The position numbers and the translations under genes are program-made. From assembly GCF_964355755.1 (NCBI RefSeq), contig NC_092673.1:2108001-2172000 (forward strand): 64,000 nt of DNA, given 5' to 3'. A model generated the notes under the pieces. It did no database searches, was not told the origin of the DNA, and was given only the letters and a program-made list of their open reading frames with translations. The stretch's first letter is position 1. Every line of letters begins with the position of its first letter. This document shows positions 52,924 to 64,000 of this stretch, one piece after another. Origin of the DNA: Antedon mediterranea. Its lineage: Eukaryota; Animalia; Echinodermata.

Positions 52924-53679
52924 TCACAAGCAATGAAAATATTATTTCTAAACCTATATGAATTACTGTATTGTATTACTTTTGTTATTGTAGTGGAGGG
53001 AAACAGTCAAAAGTACATTGAAATTTATATAATATGGTTTTGAAGTTTGGAAGTTAGGATTTCTGGCACAAATTTAATTTTCCGCCTCAAATCATTGTGA
53101 TAAAAAACTACATTTCCTTCTGTACTGTTGGCAAAAGCTGCAATGTTGAACTACTAATACAGTACTATATAATAAAACAGTGTAAGTGAACTTACTTTGA
53201 TGCCAAGTTATAGAGCTAAAGCCAAGAATATAACATATAACATATTATTGAACCCATTTCCAGGAAATTACAACATTAATCAAATATATTGCCAATTTAT
53301 AAACTACATTAAAAACATTTTTTCCGCTAATTTCTGACTTTCTTCAGCAGTACTACTATATCAAACTATATATTAATTCATACATTTTGCTGGTGAGGCA
53401 TTGCCCATAGCAGCCCAGTTTTAAATTAATACCGTTTAGAATGTTTTCTTTGGGAAGAGTAGGGTGTTACCCTGGTGTATGTACTGGTCTGTGTACTGGT
53501 CTATCTCGTTGATAGACGTTGTAGACGTGGATAAACGGATGAGAGCCATTTATCATTTAGCTGTTCAACATGAATATTTTGTGTATCGCAATCATTTATC
53601 AATCATTAGGGGTTCACAAGACAAACATATTTATACACAAGATGCTCTACATTAACAAAGTCTTATTACAAGTATTTGC

Positions 53680-53792
53680 GGGAGTGGAGTTGTAATTTTG
53701 TCCTTAGAAAAAATCCTGACATGTGACAGCACTTAAACCCAGGACCCTTGGAATGGTAGCCAAGCATCATAACCACCAAGCCACAACTCCAC
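53680..53792 (-). mobile_element. tRNA-derived SINE head
   Basis: Minus strand GTGGAGTTGTGGCTTGGTGGTTATG...GGTCCTGGGTTTAAG (A/B-box-like). Related CAAGCCACAACTCCAC at ~49496-49511. Confidence 0.45.
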
Positions 53793-55139
53793 TTTTTGTG
53801 ACAAAATATATGTTAATTTAACAGTGAAACTTTAAGAATACTGTAGGCCTAGATAAAATGTGCTCAGAAATGAATGAATCATGAAATGTCAAGTTGTTTT
53901 CAAAGGTTGTTCCCATATAGTTATTTATATCTACCGCTGCTGTTAGATGAGTTCAAACACCATATGTCATAAGAAATTAAAACTTGAAAGCCAGACTGAA
54001 CCGGTATTTGCTGATGCAATTGGTATATGCTAATGACAGAGAATTGATTGCATAAACGTTATTAAGAAATGCAGGTACACAGAACTAAAATTAGATATAC
54101 CAACAATTTATGTCTTTCTGGTCTTCTTAAAGATGTATTCTCCCCCTGAAAAAATAATTATTGACAATTTTTGTTGTTGTTGAATATGCTATTCTAATGT
54201 CACATAATAATTATCCACTTTGAACAAAAAATTAGATCAGAGAAAAATTATTTAAATTACCCGAAAAAAAATGTAATTTAAAGCAAACAATTGGCTGCCA
54301 GAATGGATTTTTGATTTAACCATTTATTTTGTCATTTTATAAGTGAAAACCTAATTTTTTTCCGTTTTTAATGGTAGAAATTAATATTAGTTTTTTCTAC
54401 AGAAGTGATTAACTTGATTAAAACTACAAAATGACCTATTCAAAGTCTGATAATCGTCATTTTTCATGTTTGGGGACAATCGTTTAGTTTAAGAATCAGT
54501 TCACTTTTGATGCTTCTCATCATTGTCTATTTTTCCCTTTGCTTATAATCTGTTAATGTACCTGTGCAATAAATATAAGAACAACATTTAAAAATAAATA
54601 AATAAAGCATTAAAAGTTTATGATTTTTAGTCCAAAACAGCTGGTTTTTATACAATTAGTATTTTGCCTAATTGCTGTTTTTCAATGAATAATTATCTCT
54701 TTATACATGTTATCAATATTGTATTTTAACCGACAAACACTGCCTTTAAACAATTGCTTGATGCTATACATTTCACTATAGGAAGTCAATGACCCATAGT
54801 AGCCTGATCCTACCAACAATATCCATATTGAACAATAATACCATCAAGTTTTTTATCTTGGCACTGAGCCAAATAAACAGAACCTTAAATATTATATAAT
54901 CAAAATTATTACATTATTTTACATTAAAAACTGTTTTAACAAATTTTAAATTATTAAGTTAAAAAATAACATACATTGAGTAAAAAAAATACATTACAAT
55001 TTAATTACTATTTTTAATTTAATTCTATAATAATAAATTTTATTCTGGAGTTTTCTCATAAATCATCAATATTGAAAACTACACTAGGAGTTCAAGGTAT
55101 TAATGTTATGTTATTTATTTATTATTCAAAAAAATTTTT

Positions 55140-55310
55140 TGTTTTGTTTTTGACATCAAATTTTTATTTTCTTTTAAGTTCTGTTATTTATTTGTTAATT
55201 TTGTAGCTTAAGTTAGTTAAGATAAAAGGTACCAAGCTTGATTAGCTTCGGCTATATCTTGGCTACCTTTTGTATTGAAATTGTTGTTTGATACAATAAA
55301 GAAGAAGAGA
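55140..55310 (+). mobile_element. Probable LINE (CR1/L2-like) 3' end
   Basis: T-rich tract, hairpin AAAAGGTACCAAG..TAGC-TTCG-GCTA..CTTGGCTACCTTTT, then AATAAA(GAA)n. Confidence 0.4.
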
Positions 55311-56509
55311 GAGTTATAAATTTAAGAGAAATATGACAACCACGTCACCCCTTCACAGGTTTATCAATAGTAGTTGGTGGTAATGGTAGTGATTTTAATA
55401 AAAATAGTGTTAATGAATAATATAATGGATAGGACTTAATAGGATGGTAAATGGTATAGTGTGATTACGTGTGTTTTTGATGATAGTTTATATCCTTTCC
55501 CATACTTCTGGTTCAAAAGGGCATACTGTAAGTGGTTAGTCTAACTCATGACTTGACCTAGTTTCATGTCAACTAATCGTATTGCTGCAATCACATCACG
55601 CCACATAACATTTTTTTTTCTTATTTTCATGATGTCATCAACTTTTCCTTTGTGTTGTTATTTTTCTGATATTGTGGTTTTCCCAGCTTTCAGTCTATAT
55701 ATTATAATATTGTTGTATTATTTATATTATAAAGTTACATAACATATACCAACCGATACAGATAATTTGAGAGTCTCGCACATTCATGAACAATTTTTAA
55801 AACACTCATACAATATGCAGGACGTTTTTGGACAAAAAGTCTCACTCTAATGTGTTGTAAATGTCTCAAACCGAAACACCATTCTATCCTCTCGCGTGTG
55901 TAAATTAGGCCTACACCTTAAAAAAAATCTGTAATTACTTCTCTTATTTGTTTCAGAATAGAGAACTCAAATACTGTACTAATAATATTGTATGTTATCA
56001 CCAAACCATAGAGGGCGCTATAAATAATCTAAAACACAAAGCAATCAATAATGAAATTGGACAGAGGGCGCTATAGAGAAAATCGTGAGCATTCACATGT
56101 TTTGTTTGTCTGGAAAAAAAGTTTACCATAAACAATTACTTTAAATATTTCAGTAAGAATGCATTTCTGTTCATAATAAACTGAATCCACAATTAATGTT
56201 TGCTTGCCCTAGAGAAAGACTAGTTGATGACATGAAAATAAGAAAAATGACCACATATCCATAGTTCGCCCTGGCCTAAGCCTCGCATCCTTTCTCCTGG
56301 ATTAATTCACCACCTTGACTAGGTCCTGTAGCCTACCTAGGCCTAGGCTACACTTACAGGCCTAGCCTAAAAACTAGCGTAGAAAATAAGATAGCTAGCT
56401 TTATGTACATACCTTTTTCTCCTTGTTTTCAGTAATTGGTCTGGTAGTTGTTTTGTAGTTGGATACTTTCCATAAAAACAATGATTTCCTTCAAATAAAA
56501 AGTGTCAAT

Positions 56510-56730
56510 GTGGAACTACACGCACTCCCGCGCGGGTGGTGTCGTCTGCAGACTGCAACCAGTGAGTTGTTAATAAAATATCGTTGCTCCTGATTGGTCG
56601 AATATTTAGAAACTTACCGCACATCATGAACATCGTCGCTTATGATTGGTCGAATATTTAGAAACTTAACGCACATCATGCCATCGTCGCTTCTGATTGG
56701 TCAAATCTTTAGAAATTGAATGCACATCAT
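56510..56730 (-). promoter_or_regulatory. Putative promoter with three ~54-bp CCAAT-box repeats
   Basis: CGTCGCTTCTGATTGGTCGAATATTTAGAAAC-like unit x3, a CpG-rich patch at 56520-56550, and minus-strand donor AAG/GTATGT at 56412. Confidence 0.5.
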
Positions 56731-57808
56731 GACCACATGTCAGAAAAGACATTTTAATAATGCATTTAGTAGTTGCTTGTTTTTAGTAAATGTTTAAATT
56801 TCAACGTCAAATTAAATTGTATTCTAATGTGATAAAATTATCACTGATAAGTTCAGCTTGTTGGAGCTTCAATCTTCATGTTACAATAGTGAGATTTAGG
56901 GCAAGGCAAAAATCAGAATTAATACTAGTTGGCAAACAGACAGGAATTCAGAAAACTTACTTACATATTTTGCTGTTGAAATCACATCTTCTTTATGTAA
57001 AATACAAACCACACAAAAAAGGACAACAAAAAGTGATGCAGTATACGTTTGTATAATACTTTATCTAGACCTCTAATTAACCAAAAATAAATACACCAAA
57101 TTGTCAGCATCAAATAGTGTTCATATCCAAAATATGTAAAGCAGCTTTTGACAATCAACTATTAAACTAATATGAAAACCAGGTTAATCTCAAAAGTTAA
57201 ATACAATTTAGAAATAGTAGATTCTATGAATAGCCGGGTAAACAAATTAATTTCCATTATTTTTTTTAACAAATTGTAAACCTCTATTTAAAATCAAAAT
57301 ATCATCTTTTTATACCAAATATGTTAAACACAAAAATATCTAAAATGAATATTTTAAATTTTAATTGCATGTAAACATCGTGTAACCTTAAAAACATACT
57401 TAAATTGTTGTGTTGCTGATTTTTTTTCTTCAAAGTAATTACATTTTTAAAATATGTTGGTAAACCATAAGGATGCATTTATTTTAAATATACTACCAAA
57501 AGGTCACAGGTCATGATATTATACTATAATTTAATCTTATCAACATAAGAGTAACACAACAAAATTGGTTGTAGATTTGCTGCAAATAAATAATTGTAAC
57601 ACATCTTTAAATATTTAGTAATGTTTTATTTCAGTGAGCTTGAGAGTCCATTTCCCGTCCTTTACTCTGTCCAGTCTTAATCAGAAGTACCGGCAAGATT
57701 TTTATGGTCAAAATGACAATATAAAAAGGGGTTTACTGGCATGGTTCCACTCTGATGATGTTTAGATATTTGTTAACCCGGTTTTTTAAATCATTTTCCA
57801 CTCTGTAC

Positions 57809-60800
57809 TTAGCAAACGATCTGTTCTGTCTTGCTATCCTTTGTGACCAGCTGTACAAGGCTACCACTGGCTGGACGATTCTGACCAAGTGACCACTGAA
57901 GCAACAACCTAAAATACAAAACAAATTATTGATACATTCTAGAGACATGGACAAAGTCGACTTTTTCAAATTGACTGTTGAAGTTTGAGAATGTGGCAGA
58001 TGACCAGATGAATGAATAAATATTGGTTTTAGGGCTAAAACTGATAATGTCGGCTTAGGCCTACCTTACTAGGCAATGCATGATCCTAAATGAATGGTAT
58101 CTGTGCTTTTTAGTGCTTTAAAGCTTTTTCTACACTATCAAACTAGTTTGACAAAAAAAAGTGTGATGTGCCCAAATATGCCAGTGCTTAAAATATATGT
58201 ATTCTATTTTTTATTTGTTGTACTAATATATATTTGCCAATCTTTAAGAAGAATTTCTATTATTATTTCATATGATAATGGACAAATAAAGCTTTTCAGT
58301 ATTCAGTATTCCATTATATGGTAGTGATATGCTTTAAATATGGTAGTGATATGCTTAAATATGGTAGTGATATGACATCATCATGTCCATATATGGGCAC
58401 ATCACATTTTTTATTGTCACATAAAGTTTTATAGTGTAGACAGAGAGCTTAATAATAATATCACTAAATAATTTATTACTATAAAACAAAATACATTTAC
58501 AGTAACTTACTCTGCAACATATTCCAAGGTGGTCCAAGAAGTAAAATCAGCATTTGCCATAAACTTACGATTATTTGGAGTATCAAGAGTAACTCTACAA
58601 TTAATAAAAATCAAATTAATAAATTGGAAAATGGAGCTGACAGCTTGGTGGCAAGATATGACTATACAAATCCCATCTTCAAATCATGTACATATGTGCA
58701 TATATTATAAACATCACACGCGGTGATATACTGAAATTTAATTAATTAATTTGAAATGATAAAGATGAGGAAATCTGTGAGAATGAGAAAAAATCGCCCC
58801 AACCGAGATTCAACCCGGAACCTTATATGCAGATGTCCTAACTATTCGACCACTGGGGCTTTCATGGTATTGTTCAAACCCGAATGGATAACATTATATA
58901 AACACCACAGGCACAGAACAAATTCTAAACCGCCCGGTGATTTACTGAAAATTTACAACATATATACAATATCCAAACTGGCCAAAATGATTACCGATTA
59001 TTTTATGTTTTTCAGCAGAAATGTTGAGTATGGAAATATAACTATTAGTTTAAAATTTCTATTGTTTATTATGATACAAAATAATATAAATATTTGTTAT
59101 AGCGCTAGAAGAGGGTATCTTAATGTTAGATCTGCTAAACTGCTTTAGAAACAAAGTAGTGTTATCATAAAGAGAGATTGCAAAGGCTTACGTTCTATTA
59201 ATAGATACTTAAAAGTCGAAGGTACCCTTAAAATTATTTTATCAACGAACAAAAACCCTATATTTAAAGGATATACAGTATATTATTTAGGTGAATATAT
59301 TGGTTAATTTGGTACTTACGGAAGTATAGCAAGGGCCGTTGAATTTGCCGGTAGGCCGCTGTTTTCTGCACCTAAGCCTTTCACAAACTGATGAACAGCT
59401 GCTTTGGCCATACCATAGCCTAGCATACCTGCAACAAATTACAATTGATTTTGTACAGCTAGTCTAACATTTCACTCTATGAATGAATATTTTCCAATCT
59501 TTTATATTAAACTATAATATTTCAAAAAGCATTTTATCATATAACTTTCTTTTTTTAGTACTTTTGTATAACTTATTGTATTTTTTCAAAATGTGTTTTA
59601 TGGGTTTTTTTTTATCTTTGTGAATGCAATGTTTGTGTGTGTGTGTACCTCAGTATAAAGGTTTATATAGCTATATTATGGTACAAGGATATTATACTCA
59701 CCCTCGCTAACACACCATTAGGTTAAATATAAGGAATTTACTTGAGGGACACATTTTTACATTTTTACAATTAGCTTATGATATAAATATATTTGTTGTC
59801 ACCCAAGAGATAATATTGAATTCAGTAAAACAAGAGCTGGCGAGCTTTTTATGTTCTTACCAGCTGTTCCTTGAAGGGCTGGCTGTGCGCCAGTCAGTTG
59901 CAGAAATCCGCCATCTTTGAGGTGTTTTGATGCGATTTCAGCAGCAAGAACAGAAGACCACACACTCTGTTTCCACATCAAATCACAGTTTTTCACCAAG
60001 TCTAGAAAAAGAGAAAAGTACAATCATGATATTGATGGATGGAAAAAAATTATACAAAGAAATGTAACACAAAGCATTAATTTCATAAGTAATTTTTCTT
60101 ATTGGTCGATTATTTGAAATCTTAAAAATGTGGTATTTTCTATATAAAAAGCATGTGGTATGATAATAGCAAGCCTGCAAAAGACAAAAAAAGGTCATAC
60201 ATAATTTGAAATTTAATGCTTGATATAAAAAAGGCACTTTAACATTTTTGTAGTAATCACTTTATTTTTACTCGGGGTACCCGAGTCTAGTACAGTACTT
60301 ACTCATTTTCTCCTCCATCTGGACACTATTGAGTAAAAAGTGCGATTTTTAAAGTACTACTCCTCCCTTATTAGTTGTAGTGTTGAGCTGGGATTTAGCA
60401 TAAATATACTACAGGGACATTTCCTCAAATCTATAGAGCCGGAATTTTAAATTTCAAACCGGATGCAGCCATATGACGTCTCGAAGATGGTACCATATAG
60501 CCGTATTTGGTAGGTTATTGATGTGTATGTGACGTCACATCCCGTCTTATGACGTCATCTTCATTTGCTGTACCCCGGGTATCGCACATTCATGCTTTTT
60601 TGTTAATTAATTTGTTTAATTAAGAAGACGCAATGTGTGACACACACCACAGCGTTATGTAGTTATATGCGGCTTCTTGGCGTAGTGGTTATCACGTTTG
60701 CTTAACACGCAGAAGGTACCTGGTTCGAGACCGGGCGAAACCTTTTTTTTTAAACTTTATGGTGAAAAGTACTGTATACGCAATATGATAATTATACAGA

Positions 60801-62458
60801 ATATATCGTATTTTTATTATTTTTTAAAATACTTATTTTGTGTAATCGGTAATTATCACTTTTACACATGTTTATTTTGCTTTGTGCTTATTACCATATT
60901 TATTTGTAGTTTAAATGGATTAAAAAACTTTCTGTAACCCACATTTTCAGTGTAAGAGGTTTCGTAGTGTAGTGGTTGTCAAGTCTGCTTAACACGCAGA
61001 AGGTCCCGGTTCGAGCCCTGGCGAAACCTATTTTTCTTTAACTTTATGGTGAAATATACTGTATACGTAAAATGATATATAGTATATCTCGTTTTATTAC
61101 TCGGGGTACCCGAGTCTAGGACTTTCTCATCTTTTCCTGTTCTTCTTCCATCCGGACACTATTGAGCAAAAAGTGCAACTTATAAAGTACTACTCCTCCC
61201 TTATTCGTTGTAGTATTGAGCTCGGATTTAGCATGAATATACTACAGGGACATGTCCTCAAAGCTATAGAGCCGGATTTTTTAATTTCATACCGGATGCA
61301 GCCATATGACGTCTCGAAGATGGTACCGTATAGCCGTATTTGGTAGCACGGTTATTGATGTGTATGTGACGTTACATTCGGTCTTATCATTACAGCTTCT
61401 TTCGCTGTACCCCGAGTATTGCACATTCGTGCTTGTTCTGCATACATTTTACTGCTTTTTTTTTACTTACCTTGTCCGTGAATAATAATAATAATAATAA
61501 ACAGTATTTATATAGCGCCTAATGGATCACTGACCCCTCTAGGTGCTTTACATAGGACCTTAACTAATGGTAATAAACTATCCCCCGCCGGACACCATTC
61601 CAGTATTTCTTAGTCGAGGTTTCGGGGATGGAGACAATCAATAATGTGAAAAAAAAATAAATAAATAAATAAAGCTTATTATTATTATTATCATTACCTT
61701 TAGAAGCTGAATTTCCTCCAGCCCATCCCCCAGCTACACACAATATAGCATCTAACTTCTCTCCATTTAAAGTCTCCTCAACTGCAGTAACTATTTCTTT
61801 TTCTTGCTCTGTCCAGGATGTTGTATTTTTAATTGCAATGTTGGCATGAGCCTCTTCATTTGGAGCTAAATCCACAGATGCTACCCACTAAGACAAAATA
61901 GATCATATCTATTAATTAAAAATTGTATATTTAAATTAATTATTAATTATGAATGAATTCATGTATTATCATTATTTATGCGCAATTTGAATCAAAATAC
62001 TGTATTTATTCAAATTGCATGCAGACAATTTAAAAATGTTTGCAGAAAAATTCAGTATTTGACCAACCAAAGCATTGATATAACCAAACCTTACCTTCTT
62101 TTTTTTTATAATTTAATACTTTATTTATAATTTAAATAATAATCCTACATTGATAAATAATCCAATAATAATATTATTTATATTATTATTAATAATTAAT
62201 AATAATAATTATAAATTAATAAATAACAAATGTTTAAATAGGTCTACTACTAGGCTAGGCCTAGGTCTAGGCCTACCCTAGTAGTCTAGATTAGTAGGCC
62301 TTAGCTAGGCCTATATTAGGCCTACTAAAACTAGGCTAGGCTAGGCCCTACACAATAATAAGTAGAAAACTCACCCAATTTTTAGCCTTGAAAAAGTTTA
62401 CAAGAAAGGAACCAAGTGCACCTTTGCCACCATAAATAAGAATTTTTTGACTTGCCAT
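57809..62458 (-). CDS. QDPR: Dihydropteridine reductase (6 exons, 235 aa)
   Basis: Exons 62458-62375, 61887-61698, 60001-59861, 59428-59320, 58594-58511 and 57908-57809 total 708 nt. Motifs [61 protein letters not shown]. Confidence 0.95.
58122..58449. mobile_element. PIF/Harbinger-type MITE with internal insertion
   Basis: Same family with TAA TSD and ~130 bp of extra AT-rich internal sequence. Confidence 0.75.
60268..60598 (+). mobile_element. Crypton-A / HINE-like non-autonomous element, copy 1
   Basis: 5' palindrome ACTCGGGGTACCCGAGT, 3' sub-TIR GTACCCCGGGT plus stem-loop GCACATTCATGC. Direct repeat of 61097-61437. Confidence 0.7.
60671..60743 (+). tRNA. tRNA-Val(AAC), probably pseudogene
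   Basis: A box TGGCGTAGTGGTT, anticodon arm TTTGC-TTAACAC-GCAGA, B box GGTTCGAGACC and an oligo-T terminator. Two acceptor-stem mismatches. Confidence 0.7.
60958..61029 (+). tRNA. tRNA-Val(AAC), probably pseudogene
   Basis: Perfect acceptor stem GGTTTCG/CGAAACC, anticodon arm TCTGC-TTAACAC-GCAGA, GGTTCGAGCC. D-stem mismatch and a 1-nt T-arm deletion. Confidence 0.72.
61097..61437 (+). mobile_element. Crypton-A / HINE-like non-autonomous element, copy 2
   Basis: Near-identical to 60268-60598, ending GTACCCCGAGTATTGCACATTCGTGCTTGTT. Confidence 0.7.
61481..61560 (-). mobile_element. L2/SINE-like 3' tail
   Basis: Minus strand GTAAAGCACCTAGAG...GGCGCTATATAAATACTGTTT(ATT)n. Confidence 0.45.
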
Positions 62459-62994
62459 TTTTATTTTTGGGCAAAGCAATGGATAGGCCTAGAAGTTAAC
62501 AGGAGATGAAGGTGTTACGCGAATAAATCGATCGAACTCCAAAATGCCGGTTTTACTAATTTTTGTTGACCTGACCCACGTGCTGAAAAAAGAGCTATAT
62601 ATCCAATACCAAATTGGCGAGTAAATCATGTTTTACTTAAAATTAAATTTATACGCTCTTCCACAAGGTCAATTGTTAGTTATACATACAGACTATATTA
62701 AAACAATGATTTTGAACACGTAGGGCATTTCTTTGAATTCTTTCCTATTGTCGTTTTGTGGTAATTTACAGCTTTTTATATGTTTAACAAACGTACATAA
62801 TCAATTGCGTCTGCATCTTGCTAGACTACAACTTCCGGTAGTGACGTAATCAGCATATTTTTGGTAATAAAACTTTTTCACTGAGCTAGAGAATCTTCTG
62901 ATATCAATATTCATTAGACCGTACTTTAGTTAGCCAATCAAAATAAACGTATAAACAATTTTGCGGCGATGTTACATGTTGTTGAGGTAAATAT

Positions 62995-64000
62995 ACTGTG
63001 TTTTACAATAACCAATTTGGTTAGAGTAAAACACAATGATAAAGAATAGGAAACATTTAATAATAATTATGATAAATGACATTTACATAGCAATTTATCA
63101 CTGTGTTTTACTATAACCAATTTGGTTAGAGTAAAACACAATGATAAAGAATAGGAAACGTTTAATAATATGATAAATGTCATTACATAGCAATTTATCA
63201 CTGTGTTTTACTATAACCAATTTGGTTAGAGTAAAACACAATGATAAAGAATAGGAAACATTTAATAATATGATATATGACATTCACATAGCAATTTAGC
63301 ACTGTGTTTTACTAAAACCAATTTGGTTAGAGTAAAACACAATGATATAGAATAGGAAAAATTTAATAATTTGATAAATGACATTTACATAGCAATTTAG
63401 CACTGTGTTTTACTATAACCAATTTGGTTAAAGTAAAACACAATGATAAAGAATAGGAAACATTTGATAATATGATAAATGACATTTACATAGCAATTTA
63501 GCACTGTGTTTTACTATAACCAATTTGGTTAAAGTAAAGCAGAATGATAAAGAATAGGAATTTAATAATATGATATATGACATTTACATAGCAATTTAGC
63601 ACTGTGTTTTACTATAACCAATTTAGTTAGAGTAAAACACAATGATAAAAAATAGGAAACATTTAATAATAATGATTATTTACATAGCAATTTAGCACTG
63701 TGTTTTACTATAACCAATTTGGTTATAGTAAAACACAATGATAAAGAATAGGAAACATTTAATAATTTGATAAATGACATTCACATAGCAATTTAGCACT
63801 GTGTTTTACTATAACCAATTTGGTTATGGTAAAGCACAATGATATAGAATAGGAAACATTTAATAATATGATAAATTACATTTACATAGCAATTTAGCAC
63901 TGTGTTTTACTATAACCAATTTGGTTAAAGTAAAACATAATGATAAAGAATAGGAAACATTTAATAATTTGATAAATGACATTCACATAGCGATTTAGCA
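62995..64000. repeat. ~92-bp AT-rich satellite, >=11 copies, runs off window
   Basis: Unit CACTGTGTTTTACTATAACCAATTTGGTTAGAGTAAAACACAATG...; contains a ~40-bp internal palindrome. Confidence 0.95.

Larger units (their letters stand above)
50173..56500 (-). ncRNA. Putative spliced lncRNA / small-ORF gene
   Basis: Minus-strand donor at 56412, acceptor before 54145, and well-bounded exons 51303-51168 and 50205-50173. No long ORF. Confidence 0.35.

Noticed and set aside
54496-54525. Minus-strand ATGATGA...CTGA box C/D snoRNA candidate
   Set aside because: Boxes are too close together, with no terminal D box or stem and no recognisable rRNA guide.
60671-61029. Anticodon-switched tRNA (TAC-type body with AAC anticodon)
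   Set aside because: TCTGC/GCAGA anticodon stems are normal for invertebrate Val(AAC) tRNAs.

Overview
AT-rich, intron-containing eukaryotic (invertebrate metazoan, probably deuterostome) genomic DNA, not prokaryotic. Nine protein-coding genes could be spliced by hand into intact frames: ANKRD53-like (+), TEX261 (-), intronless SPR (+), TTC1 (-), CNNM (+), DCAF10 (-), WBP1/WBP1L (-, two alternative first exons), SRSF10/12 (+, with a U12 AT-AC intron) and QDPR (-). There are also two degenerate tRNA-Val(AAC) genes, a probable spliced non-coding or micropeptide transcript, several non-autonomous DNA transposon families with identifiable target-site duplications (TSDs), and many minisatellites. 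Most notable: (i) a dispersed repeat whose consensus is a minimal type I hammerhead ribozyme, with one copy expanded into about 37 tandem half-ribozyme units; (ii) extra minor-spliceosome signals and an AAAGAC array nested in the SRSF10 U12 intron; (iii) TAGGCCTA/CTAG palindrome patches marking the 5' region of most genes, which predict unannotated transcripts; (iv) 13-25 bp palindromic P-element-like footprints with 7-bp TSDs; (v) microsynteny with human 2p13/10q24 and linkage of two BH4-pathway genes. All calls come from reading the sequence and recalled family knowledge; no searches were run.
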